From Squalus acanthias (lineage: Eukaryota), in assembly GCA_030390025.1 (NCBI GenBank), contig CM059432.1, positions 31,932,001-31,996,000 of the forward strand: 64,000 nucleotides of DNA, read 5' to 3'. The translations under genes and the position numbers were made by a program. Every line of letters starts with the position of its first letter. Position 1 is the stretch's first letter. The notes beneath the pieces are model-generated. The model made no database searches and was not told the DNA's origin. It saw only the letters and a program-made list of their open reading frames with translations. Of the stretch, positions 50,233 to 62,795 are shown piece by piece.

Positions 50233-51384
50233 ATATAGCAAGATTGGAGCCTTTATTGCTGGCTGTTACGGTTGGTTTGGAAGAAAAATGGCAGCCGCCT
50301 TGCTTCCACCCGCTTCTGAGGGGTCCACGCAATATTCCCTGTAATTCTTTTTTGGTGCGTGGCCCGTTCAAATTTGTGCACGTGCGGTTTCTCCCATGTA
50401 TTAAATTGTGTCTTATAATACTCCTGTGAAGCACCTTGGGATGTTTTACTACGTTAAAGGTGCTATATAAATACAAGTTATGTAAAAGCCAGTGAGCAGC
50501 CTGCGCGGGACCTGCAGACCACCGTGCGGCAGCGCAGCTTAACGGGAACGTTGGTCCCGCGATAGCCCCCATTTTGGACAGATCGGCAGAGCTGCCATTG
50601 CCCGCACTCTGCAGATATGGAAATGAGGCAGATCGTGACGTCAAAGAGTGTGCAACGCTGATTTGATGCACAATCTGCCATTTTGGACATCGCCGCTCCA
50701 TTTAATGCCCTCTCCGAGTCACAAGCAGCTGACCGTGCACTCAGCAGCAGGAAGGACCCCACACCAGCGCTATTTAAAGGAACCGTCAACAACTTGCAGC
50801 TGACTTGCTTTTTCATTTGTCCTTGCTCTTTGTAAGTTTATGAAATTGTTTGGAGCTTTCTAGAGTGGGTTAAGATAACTAAAGTAACAGGAAGTGTTGC
50901 TGCAAGTGGAGAACACCTTGCTTCTCATTTAAAGGGTTCTGCTCACACCGCTTGCTCCTAGTCATGAGGGCTCTACTTGCAATCCCCCTCACTCTCGAGT
51001 ATGACACGGAGATGGAGCGGAGGCAGCGAAGAGGAGGCCAAGATGCTTGCAAAGGGAGGAGGAGGAGGGGTAGAAGGGCTCTCAGTGGAGGGCTTACCCA
51101 CCTCGGGTCTTCCAAGAGCACTTCTTCTACCTGCACTTAAGCCAGGAGCAGTGTATTAGGAAGCTCCATTTGAACAAGGAGGTGGTCACAAAACTCTGCC
51201 ACCTCCTGCAACCAGCCCAACAGCCTCAGAGCAGGACAACAGGTCTCCTAGTGGCCCTCAAGGTCACCATGGCCCTCAATTTTTTCACCACCGGATCCTT
51301 CCAGTCTAGAGCAGGAGTATTAGCTAACATCTCCCAGTTCGCCGTCCATCACTGCATCCAGGAGGTCACAAAGGCTCTGTACTC

Positions 51385-54300
51385 ATAGAATCATAAACAT
51401 TTATGGCACAGAACTAGGCCATTTGGCCCATTGTGTCTGTGCCGGCCGAAAAAGAGCTATCCAGCCTAATCCACTTTGCAGCTCTTGGTCTGTAGCCCTG
51501 TAGGTTGCAGCACTTCAAGTGCATATCCAAGTACTTTTTAAATGTGATGAGGGTCTCTGCCTCTACCACCCTTTCAGGCAGTGAGTTCCAGACCCCCACC
51601 ACCCTCTGGGTGAAAAAAGTCCCCTCTAATCCTTCTACCAATTACTTTAAATCTATGCCCCCTGGTTATTGACCTCTCTGCTATGGGAAATAGGTCCTTC
51701 CTATCCACTCTATCTAGGCCCCTAATAATTTTATACACCTCAATTAAGTCTCCCCTCAACCTCCTCTGTTCCAAAGATAATAATTCCAGCCTATCTAATC
51801 TTCCCTCATAGCTAAAATTCTCCAGTCCTGGCAACATTCTCAAATCTCCTCTGTACTCTCTCTAGTGCAATCACATCTTTCCTGTAATGGGGTGACCAGA
51901 ACTACATGCAGTACTCTAGCTGTGGCCTAACTAGTGTTTTATACAGTTCAAGCATAACCTCCCTACTCTTGTATTCTATGCCTCGGCTAATAAAGGAAAG
52001 TATCCTGGCGGGCAAAATAAAGGAAAATCCCAAGGTGTTTTATAAGTATATTAAGGGCAAGAGGATAACCAGGGAAAGAGTAGGGCCCATTAGGGACCAA
52101 AGTGGCAATCTGTGTGTAAAGCCAGAAGATGTAGGTGGGGTTTTAAATTAATATTTTGCATCTGTGTTCACTATGGAGAAGGACGATGTAGGCATAGAAA
52201 TCAGGCAGGGGGATTGTGATATACTTGAACAAATTAGTATTGAGAGGGAGGAGGTACTAGTGGTTTTAGCAGGCTTAAAAGTGGATAAATCCCCAGGCCC
52301 AGATGAGATGTATCCCAGGCTGCTGTGTGAGGCAAGGGAGGAGATTGCAGGGGCTCTGACACATTTTCAGAATCTCTCTGGCCACAGGGGAGGTGCCGGA
52401 GGACTGGAGAACAGCTAACGTAGTACCATTATTCAAGAAGGGTAGTAGGGATAAACCAGGGAATTACAGGCCAGTGAGCCTAACATCAGTGGTAGGGAAA
52501 TTATTGGAAAAAATTCTGAGGGACAGAATTAGTCTCCACTTGGAGAGGCAAGGATTAAATCAAGGATAGTCAGCATGGTTTTGTCAGGGGGAGATCATGT
52601 CTGACCAATTTGATTGAATTTTTTGAGGGGGTGACTAGGTGTGTGGATGAGGGTAGTGCAGTTGATGTGGTCTACATAGACTTCAGTAAGGCTTTTGACA
52701 AAGTCCCGCATGGGAGACTGGTCAAGAAGATAAAAGCCCATGGGATCCAGGGCAACTTGGCACATTGGATCCAAAATTGGCTTAGTGGCAGGAGGCAGAG
52801 GGTGATGGTCGAAGGTTGTTTATGGTGACTGGAAGCCTGTGTCCAGTGGTGTACCGCAGGGATCGGTGCTGGGTCCTTTGCTGTTTGTAGTGTACATAAA
52901 TGATTTAGATATGAATGTAGGAGATATGATCAGTAAGTTTGCAGATGACACAAATTGGTGGGGTGGTAAATAGCGAGGAGGGAAGCCTCAGGCTACAGGA
53001 CGATATAGACGGGATGGGCAGAACAGTGGCAAATGGAATTTAACCCTGAAAAGTGTGAGATGATGCATTTTGGAAGGACTAACAAGGCAAGGGAATACAC
53101 AATACATGGTAGGACCCTAGGAAGGACAGAGGATCAGATGGACCTTGGCGTGCATGTACATAGATCCCTGAAGGCAGCAGGACAGGTAGATAAGGTGGTT
53201 AAAAAGGCATATGGGATACTTGCGTTCATTAGCCGAGGCATAGAATATAAGAGCAGGGAGGTTATGATGGAGCTGTACAAAACGCTAGTTAGGCCACAGC
53301 TGGAATACTGTGTGCAGTTCTGGTCGCCACACTATAGGAAGGATGTGATTGCATTGGAGAGGGTGCAGAGGAGATTCACCAGGATGTTACCTGGGCTGCA
53401 GCGCTTCAGCTATGAAGAGAGACTAGACAGGCTGGGGTTGTTTTCCTTAGAGCAGAGAAGGCTGAGGGGGGACCTGATTGAGGTTTACAAAATTATGAGG
53501 GGCATAGATAGGGTAGATAGAAAGGAACTTTTCCCCTTAGTAGAGGGGTCAATAACCAGGGGGCATAGTTTCAAGGTAAGGGGCAGGAGGTTTAGAGGGG
53601 ATTTGAGGAAAACCTTTTTCACCCAGAGGGTGGTTGGAATCTGGAACTCACTGCCTGAAAGGGTGGTAGAGGCAGGAACCCTCACAACATTCAAGAAGCA
53701 TTTAGATGAGTACTTGAAACGCCATAGCATACAAGGCTACGGACCAAGTGCTGGAAAATGGGATTAAAATAGACAGGGCTTGATGGCCCGCGTGGACACG
53801 ATGGGCCGAAGGGCCTCTTTCTGTGCTGTATAACTCTGACTCTATGACTCTATCCCGTATGCCTTCTTAACCATTTTATCTTCCTGTCCTGCTACCTTCA
53901 GGGATCTGTGGACATGCACTCCAAGGTCCCTCTGTTCCTCTACACTTCTCAGTATCCTATCATTTCTTGTGTATTCCCTTGCCTTGTTAGCCCTCCCCAA
54001 ATGTATTACCTCACACTTCTCCGGAATGAATTCCATTTGCCACCTTTCAGCCCACATGACCAGTCCATCTTCTTGCTGTTTACAGCTTTCTTCCTCACTA
54101 TCAATCATCTGCAAACTTCTTAATCATGTCCCCTACATTAAAGTCTAAGTCACTGATATATACCACAAAAAGCAAGGGACCAAGTACTGAGCCCTGTGCA
54201 ACCCCACTGGAAACAGCCTTCCAGTCACAAAAACACCCGTTGACCATTACCCTTTGCTTCCTGTTACTGAGCCAATTTTGGATCCAACTTGCCTCTTTCC

Positions 54301-54589
54301 CTTGGATCCCATGGGCTTTTACTTTTCTGACCAATCTGCCATGTGGGACCTTGTTAAAAGCCTTGCTAAAATCCATGTAGACTACACTAAACGCGCTACC
54401 CTCATCAACCCTCCTTGTTACCACCTCAAAAAATTCAATCAAGTTAGTCAGACACGACCTTCCCTTAATAAATTCATGCTGACTGTCCTTGATTAATCCA
54501 TGCCTTTCTAAATGATGATTAATACTGTCGCTCAGAACGTCGTCAGAGAGGATTGGAAAATGATGACCAGAGCCTCTGCTATTTCCTCC
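51385..54589 (-). mobile_element. CR1-type LINE inserted in the Harbinger transposase
   Basis: 8-bp TSD CTGTACTC (51377-51384, 54590-54597); RT motifs DFSKAF, QGSVLGP, FADD. Confidence 0.92.
52006..53850 (+). mobile_element. CR1-type LINE nested inside the preceding LINE
   Basis: 5-bp TSD TATCC (52001-52005, 53851-53855); 244-aa RT C-terminal ORF; CTCTATGA-type tail. Confidence 0.92.
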
Positions 54590-54956
54590 CTGTACTCTAG
54601 GAGAAGGGAATTCATTGTCTTCTCTCTGAGCAGAGAGAAGCAAGAGGAGCATACATGTGGCTTTGCCAGGATATCAGGGTTCCCCATGGTGCAGGGTGCC
54701 ATCGACTGCACACACGTGGCTTTACAGACACCACATACCAATCCTGAGATGTTCCATAACTGCAAAGGCTACCACTCACTTAATGTGCAGTTGATGAGAG
54801 ACCATGCCCAGTGCATCATGATGGTTAATGCCTGATATCCTGGCAGCTGTCATAATGCCTTCATCCTGTGCCAGTCCAGTGTACCAGCAATCTTCCAGCA
54901 CCACGTCAAACCCGAGGATAGCTGCTCGGAGACTAGGGCTATCCGCTCTACACCTG

Positions 54957-55177
54957 ATGCGGAGATGCCGGCGTTGGACTGGGGTGGACAAAAATGAGAA
55001 GTCGCACAACACCAGGTTATAGTCCAACAGATTTATTTAAAATTACAAGCTTTCGGAGCTGTCGCCCCTTCCTCAGGTAAAGTAACTTTACCTGAGGAAG
55101 GGGCGACAGCTCCGAAAGCTTGTAATTTTAAATAAATCTGTTGGACTATAACCTGGTGTTGTGCGACTTCTCATTTT
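54957..55177. mobile_element. Palindromic Penelope-like insertion with a hammerhead core on each strand
   Basis: 13-bp TSD CGCTC(T/G)ACACCTG; perfect 93-bp inverted arms 54991-55083 and 55085-55177. Confidence 0.85.
55088..55125 (+). ncRNA. Minimal type-I hammerhead ribozyme motif
   Basis: TTAC-CTGAGGA-A-GGGGC(GACA)GCTCC-GAAA-GCT-T-GTAA: stem I, CUGANGA, stem II, GAAA and a palindromic AGCT stem III. Confidence 0.75.
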
Positions 55178-55701
55178 CGCTCGACACCTGGCTGATGTCT
55201 CCCCTCCGCAACCCCACCACGCGTGGCCAGCACTCATATAATGACAGCCATGTTGCCACGAAGAAGCTCATTGAGCAGACCAACGCAGTGCTAAAACAAT
55301 GGTTCCGCTGCCTTGACCACTCAGGAGGAGCCCTCCAGTACACACTGGAGTGGGTGTCCCATTTCGTGTTGGTCTGCTGCACGCTCCACAACTTGGTCAT
55401 CATGAGGGCGCAGCCGTTGGCACTACGGGTTCTGGGACAACCTCAGGAGGAGGAGGAGGAAGAGAAGGAGGAGGTGGAGACAGGTAGCAGATCCCCATTC
55501 CGGACGTGCTGTCCGTGAGTGCCTCATCAGGTTCCAGGTCCAATGAATGAAACCCCAGATTTCCGTTGCTCACCACTTCCCCACTGTCACTGAACATCAC
55601 AGCGTCCTTTTGGGCACACAGCTGAAATGAGAGCCACCCCAAAATAAACATTCCAAATATAATTTATAAATTTATCAAATCAAAATCAAAATAACAGTCA
55701 A

Positions 55702-57528
55702 CTAATCACCCTTGTGCATTTCCTTAGTGTCTGTCTTTCGTGTTGCTTTTCCTACTGTAGTGCCCCTACGAAGTGCTGCCCCACTGGCTGCAGCATGGCT
55801 GGTGGAAGGCTGCTGACTTTCAGTGGGGGAGACTTCAGATGGACTTGCAGGATGACCTCGACTAGCTCGGGGCCTAGAAGGCCCGGCTGTAGACTCCACC
55901 ATCTCGGCCTGGGCAGCAGCTGGTTGGCTGACAGGCAGCAGCAAGGGCACCGGCGGGGTGGGAGTACGAATGCTGTCATCCTGAGAGAGGACAGCAGGTT
56001 CTTGCTCCACAGAGCCACTGCCACTGAGGCGGCACCTCAGCGTTCCGAGACATCTGTTGGGGGACAGATTTCTGGTGTGCTGTGAGACCCTGCAAGCCCC
56101 TTTCCACACTCATAAACCCAGCCACAATGGCAGCAGTCTGAGCTTCCACTGCAGCACTGAGATGTTGGGTTGCTTCCACCTGTGCTGCAATGGAAGCTGC
56201 GACATCGCCCATCACACGCAGCATCATGGCTGGGTCCACAAGGTCTCTCATGGAGTTGCCCATCACTTCCATCCCAGAAATCACAGGCTCCAAGCATAGC
56301 CCCATGCAATTTTGGAGCCGGACTCCTCCATGCTCCTTGACACTGACAAGAGGCTCTCTGGCAGGCTTGCCATTACACCTAACATTACTGTGTGCATGCC
56401 TATCATCCTTCTTCTGAAGGCCGCCCCATCAACATTATCACATGTGTCCTCTGCAGCAGAACACGTGTACGAACCTGCCCTCCAGGTAGCTGGTACCTGA
56501 GCTACCCTTTCCCCCTGGCCCGGCTGCAGCCCACTCGTACCCGGTGACTCACCACATGCAGATCCCGCCTCTATACTACCCTCAAGTCCGCACAGTACCA
56601 TTTTCTGAGCTGGTGCCTGCGAGTGTCAGATGCAGTGAAGGTGTGTCTTCTCCTCCTTCACTGTCCTCCTCCATCACTTCGGGGACTGGCTGGCCAGGTT
56701 GGAGTTTTGGGTATCTGAAAGGAGAAAGGCACAAAGGTCAGGTTGTGCTGAGGGGAGGGGGTAAAGTAAGATATCCATGTGTACACCATCAGCAGCTTGT
56801 GAGAAGAGATTGTGGGATGAGGGGGATGTGAGAAGAAGGATTAGGTATAAGCATACCGTCATCATCAGCAATGCTATCAACTTCCCCACTAGCCACAGAC
56901 TCTGTGACTGCCCCTCCAATGATCTCCAGCACTGCTTCCTCCAGCTCCGTCAGGTTCTGCAGACGGGCTTCCCCTCCACCCTGCTGCTGCTCCTGCTGAT
57001 TATGAGCAACCTCTGCCTGCAATAGAGAAGGAAGTGTGTCAGTGAGTGTGGTGCAATGTATTTGGGTGATGTGCCTGCCATGATTGAATAGCTGGCAGTG
57101 TGTGCAAGGTATGAGATGTGGATGTGAGTGTTGCAGCAGTGGTAAGTGTGTGAGGGTGAAGTGAAGTGATGATTGTGAGGTATGAGTGGTGATTGCTAGA
57201 GATTGTTGGTAGGTGAGTGATGGGGGTGTGGTGCATTGAGCAGTGTGTGAGGCTAGTGATGCAGATGGTGGGATATGGCATTTGATGATTCACTCACCTT
57301 GATCACTTGTGTGAGGTCATTAAACCTTTTGCGGCACTGGATCCAGGTCCTAGGGACAACACTCGTCACACTGCCTGCTTCAGCGATCTCCTCCCTCAGC
57401 CTTCTTCTGTTCTGCCTTGAAGGCCTCTTGCCCCCCTGCGGGTAGAGGACCTGATGGTGTCTTTGAACCCCCAGGACCAAGGCTGCATTTGAAAATGTCC
57501 TTGCCCTTTCCCTTGGCTGTTGGGCCAT
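55702..57528 (-). pseudogene. Harbinger Myb/SANT-like DNA-binding gene, three exons (57528-57298, 57016-56857, 56714-~55702)
   Basis: MAQQPRERARTFS...PRTWIQCRKRFNDL; AAG|GTGAGT, TTGCAG|, G|GTATG and TTTCAG| sites in compatible phase; exon 3 frameshifted. Confidence 0.85.
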
Positions 57529-58215
57529 GGCTCTCTCCACAATAACAATGAGGTGCTTCTGCAACAAATCACCTCCCCTTTAAGTAGTGCAGAGAGCCTA
57601 ATTGGGCCAGTAGACTGCACCCGATATTGGCCACCCTGTTCAGTGCTAAGCAGCGTGTTTAGCGCTGAGATCAGCGCTGCAATCAATATAATGAGCAGGC
57701 AGCACAAATTTTGCATGCTGCCTGCACCACTTTGAACAGGCACGGGCACATAGCACTATGTGCTGCCCGCGCCCATTTTCGGGCCTTATCCAATGTCTAG
57801 GCCACAGTACCATCCAACTCCCCACCATTTGACAAACACACTCTCTTCCTCCAACCCTTCTGGTTCATACTGGTACTCGTCTCCATCTCCCCTTTCAATT
57901 CAACCTGGCCGCCTTCCCCTCCAGCCCAATTCAAACTGGTATTAATCTCCACCCCATCCTTATTTGAGCAGGCACTCTTCTTTGTTGTCATTTCCCCCCC
58001 CCCCCCCCCGAGTTCAAGCTGACACTTTCCTTCATCTGCCATTTCTCACCTACCTTTATAATTGATTCAATCTTCTCAAGTTAATCAATCTCCTTTTTAT
58101 TTGTTACATGCCGAGACCACTTTGTGTCATTAGCACCTTTGATACTATGACAACTACAGACACCCTTTTACCTATCATTCACAAATAGCACATGGTTCAA
58201 AAACAGATAAGAATT

Positions 58216-58645
58216 AAAAAACTTGCATTTATAGCACCTTCCATGACCTTGGGACATCCCAAAGTGCTTTGAAGCCAATGAAGTACTTTTGAAGTGTAGT
58301 CACTGTTGTAATATAGGAATTGTGGCAGCCAATTTGCTTCATCAAGGTCCCACAAACAGCAATGAGATAATAACCAGATAATCTGTTTTAGTGATGTTGG
58401 TTGACGGATAGATATTGGCCAGGACACTGGGGAGAACGCCACTGCTCTTCTTTGAATAGTGACATGGGTTCGTTTACATCCACTTGAGAGGGTTAGCGGG
58501 GCCTAGGTGTAACGTCTCATCCAAAAGAGAGCACCTCCAACAGCAGTGCACTGAAGTGACAGTCTGAATGATGCACCCAAGTCTCTGGAGTGGGGTTTGA
58601 ACTCTCAACTTTGAGTCAAAGGCGAGAGTGCTATCACTGAGCCAA
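58216..58645 (-). mobile_element. Deu-domain SINE
   Basis: Collinear with 15031-15477. Confidence 0.8.
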
Positions 58646-58961
58646 ATCTGACACCTCATCCCTATGGGACTCCACTGGTTACAACTTCCAGGGCACAGCA
58701 CTTCTAACCATTTCATTTCCATTTACTCTGTGTTCTGTTGTTAAGCCAATTCTTAATTCCTTGATCGTCTCACATGAGGAACTTTGTCCGAAGCACTTTT
58801 AAAAATCCATGTGACAGTTTCCTAATGGAGAAGGTTGAGCTGAGTCTTCCAAACTTCTGACAGTACTATTGCATAGTGAGATTACATTGCCTGCAACAAG
58901 ACTTCCCCCAAAACATCTAGTTGGAAATGGAAGCAAAACCATGCCCATACAACTACCATAC

Positions 58962-60478
58962 ATAGAGACATAGAAAAATAGGAGCAGGAGTAGGCCCTTC
59001 GAGCCTGCTCCGCCATTCAATATGATCATTGCTGATCCTCTCTCCCCATACCCCTTGATGCCTTTTGTGTCTAGAAATCGATCTATCTCCTCCTTAAATA
59101 TATTCAGTGACTTGGCCTCTACAGCTTTCTGTGGTAGAGAATTCCACAGGTTCACCACCCTCTGAGTGAAGAAATTTCTCCTCATCTCAGTCCTAAATGT
59201 CCTACCCCGTATCCTGAGACTGTGACCCCTCATTCTAGACCCCCCAGCCAGGGGAAACATCCTCCCTGCATCCAGTCTGTCTAGCCCTGTCAGAACTTTA
59301 TACGTTTCAATGAGATCCCCTCTCATTCTTCTAAACTCTAGTGAATACAGGCCTAGTCGACCCAATCTCTTCTCCTACGACAGTCCTGCCATTCAAGGAT
59401 CAGTCTGGTGAACCTTCGCTGCACTCCCTCTATGGCAAGTATATCCTTTCTTAGGTAAGGAGACCAAAACTGCACACAGTACTCCAGGTGTGGTCTCACC
59501 AAGGCCCTGCATAACTGTAGTAAGACATCTTTGCTCCTGTACTCAAATCCTCTTGCAATGAAAGCCAACATACCATTTGCCTTCCTAACTGCTTGCTGCA
59601 CCTGCATGTTTGCTTTCAGTGACTGGTGTACAAGGACACCCAGGTCCCTCTGTACATCAACATTTCCCAATCTACCACCATTTAAATAATACTCTGCCTT
59701 TCTGTTTTTCCTACCAAAGTGGATAACTTCACATTTATCCATGTTATACTGTATCTGCCATGTATTTGCCCACTTACTCAACTTGTCTAAATCGCCTTGA
59801 AGCCTCTTTGCATCCTCCTCACAACTCACAATCCCACCTAGTTTCGTGTTGTCAGCAAACTTGGAAATATTACATTTGGTTCCCTCATTCAAATCATTGA
59901 TATATATTGTGAATAGCTGGGGCCCAAGCACTGATCCCTGCGGTACTCCACTAGTCACCGCCTGCCACCCTGAAAAAGACCCATTTATTCCTACTCTCTG
60001 TTTCCAGTCTGTTAACCAATTTTTAATCTATGCCAGTATATTACCCCCAATCCCATGTGCTTTAATTTTGCACACCAACCTCTTATGTGGGACTTTATCA
60101 AAGGCCTTCTGAAAATCCAAATACACCACATCCACTGGTTCTCCCTTATCTATTCTACCAGTTACATCCTCAAAAAACTCCAGTAGGTTTGTCAAACACG
60201 ATTTCCCTTTCATAAATCCATGTTGACTTTGTCTAATCCCATTGATATTTTCTAAGTGTCCTGTTATCACATCCTTTATAATAGACTCTAGCATTTCCCT
60301 ACTACTGATGTTAGGCTAACCGGTCTGTAGTTCCCTGTTTTTTCTCTCTCCTTTTTTAAATAGTGGGGTTACATTTGCCACCCTCCAATCTGCAGGAACT
60401 GTTCCATAATCTATAGAATTTTGGAAGATGACAACCAATGCATCCACTATTTCCATGGCTACCTCTTTTAGTACTCTG
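58962..60478 (-). mobile_element. CR1-type LINE RT/3' fragment related to 11656-14655
   Basis: [47 protein letters not shown] tail. Confidence 0.92.
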
Positions 60479-61587
60479 TACATTTAGTACATCCTCCACT
60501 TCTCAGACCAGAGACTGGAAACACATAATACTATTCCTGACCTTGGCAGGCATCAGCATGAAAGTACCCCAGGACCTGTCACTTGCAGCCTTACCCAGTT
60601 CTTGATCCAGGCAGCAAGGTGGGGCATTTGTCAGCTCTGCCACAGAACCCCTCCCACCACAACCAGTATGTGGACAAATAACCTTTGGAACCTGTGCCAA
60701 ACTAAATAAGTAATACGTCTACTGTACATGGAGCTAGGAAAACGATAGGAATTTTGGGCCCATTCTAGCAAGCTGATAATGAACCATTCCAAACTTCCAC
60801 AACAAAAGGAACCCCCAGATGGACCTATGAATCCCACCCTGATCAACCTCCTTACTCCCCACAGATACCAAGCACTGCACCAAATGGGACTTATCAACCC
60901 ACTCCTGTGTGACCTGAAGCCTCACAACCAGTACTGAACACAACCAATAAGTCCACATAAGTATAATTATATTAGACCCTCAACAGAGGTATCTACAAGT
61001 AATTTATGAGAAAGATAGAAATTGCTTTTAAAGTACCTGTCATGACCTCTAGGACAGCAGGCACATTTAAGGGATCTGGCCAGGGCACATGGCACAGGGC
61101 AGCAGTGGAGAAAACTTGGGTAAATTCAGAGAAAAATCAGTAAAAATAAGTTTTATTATGACTAAAACTAAAACTCAAGAAAAGAAGCAGGGGTCTTAAA
61201 ACAGTTAAGGTAAATAACAACCCACAATTATTTATACAGTTCAAAAACTCAATTTTTATGGGGCTCACCATTATACTCTTAACTCCTAAATAGTTAAAGG
61301 TAAAATTTAAGAAACTGTGTTTATTATTGTAGCTCCAGCTACTTACCTCCTCTATAATGGTAGGATAATAAAACTTGTTGGAGATTCTGCACAAGGTAAC
61401 AGTTGTGATCTTTTAGTAAACAATGCCTTGGTGTGTGACCTCAGTCAGTCTTCAGGGGATTATCAGTGTAGTAACTCGGTCAGTGTGCTGCCCCCCTTGC
61501 TCCTTTTCAAACTTGGACTGATGTTTGCTGCAGTATAAAGAATGTGGTCCTCACACCAATACCTAAATATCCAGGTCCCCTTAAAAA

Positions 61588-62020
61588 TGGTACCAGGGAT
61601 GAGGGACTTAATTGTGTGGAGAGACTAGAGAAATTGTAATTGTTCTCCTTAGAGCAGAGAAGGTTAAGGGGAGATTTAATAGAGGTATTCAAAATTATGA
61701 GGGGTTCTGATAGAGTTAATAGGGATAAACTGTTTCCACTGGCAGGAGGGTTGGTAACCAGAGGACACAAATGTAAGGTAATTGACAAAAGAACCAGAGG
61801 GGAAATGAGTTGTTATGATCTGGAATGCACTGCCTGAAAGGGTAGTGAAATCTGCTTCAATAGTAACATTCAAAAGGGAATTGGACAAATACTTGAAGGG
61901 GAATAAATTGTAGGGTTATGAGGAAAGAGTAGGGGAATGGGACTGATTGGATAGCTCTTTCAAAGAGCCAGCACAGGCACAATGGGCCGAATGGCCTCCT
62001 ATGCAGTGCAAGTTCTGTGA
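61588..62020 (+). mobile_element. CR1 3' end fragment
   Basis: FSLEQRRLRGDLIEVFKIM...TRGH plus 3' UTR. Confidence 0.85.
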
Positions 62021-62795
62021 ACTTGCACTGCCTTCATTTCTTTTCCTATTGAAAATCAGACCCATTAACTGATACACATCATATCTGTGAAATCAGAACG
62101 GCATGCAGCGCACGCCAGATGCGTGTTGATACTGTAGGTGTGATGCGCGCACGTATCGAGAGCCTGTTCTTTAGTAAGAAAATAATGGGAACCTTGTTTT
62201 TTCTTCTCTCTATATTCAGGAGGGAATCAGATTTTCCTGATTCACCACCTGAAGAAAATCCGTGAATTTATTGGTAGAAATCGGTAAAACACTATTTTAA
62301 TGATCCTTACTTGTGTGAACAATAATTTGTCAGAGGACATGTTTGATTCGACAAAGCACTTTCCTGGTGCAAAAACACACGAGCACCCTGTGTGACTTCT
62401 CATTTGTCACCATTTTCTAATCCTTTGTCATCATCAGCGTAACACACCATACTCATTTGCATAAGTGAATTGACTGACTTGCATTCCAGAGAAGTAAATT
62501 TATTGGTTTCTCCTAAGACCATAAAGACCACAGAGAGAAAAGGCCATTTGGCTTTACTCAGCTTTACTCCATGCAGAGTCCATGTATGATTATCGATTAT
62601 GGACCCCCAGTCCCCACCACTACCTGATGACCCAACTATTTTAAGGCTGGGAATTTCCTCTAAGGGGCACCCACTCCACTTCTGTAACTTCGCCACCAGT
62701 GTGCCGGGAACCCAATGAATGCAGTGGACCAGGAGAAGCTTCGAGGAAACTTCTGGCCTAAGTTGTATCTGAGTAACTCTCCCTTCTCCATGAAT

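Larger units (their letters stand above)
50964..55560 (+). pseudogene. Harbinger (HARBI1-like) DDE transposase in three pieces: 50964-51384, 54598-54956, 55191-~55560
   Basis: ALNFFTTGSFQ; GFPMVQGAIDCTH; KGYHSLNVQ; LLGD*GYPL.TWLMSP; IEQTNAVLKQWFRCL; CCTLHN; stops and frameshifts present. Confidence 0.92.
50250..57790. mobile_element. Decayed PIF/Harbinger DNA transposon (transposase + Myb/SANT-like gene, convergent) with nested insertions
   Basis: Transposase DDE motifs on +, Myb-like gene on -; right end ...ATTTTCGGGCC|TTA; left end uncertain. Confidence 0.85.

Noticed and set aside
50144..50816. 185-aa and 112-aa minus-strand ORFs
   Set aside because: They span the Harbinger subterminal region, an L2-like tail and a LINE end, with no coherent domain
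50964..55560. Domesticated HARBI1 host gene
   Set aside because: Multiple stops, frameshifts and nested insertions, paired with a Myb-like gene as in a transposon
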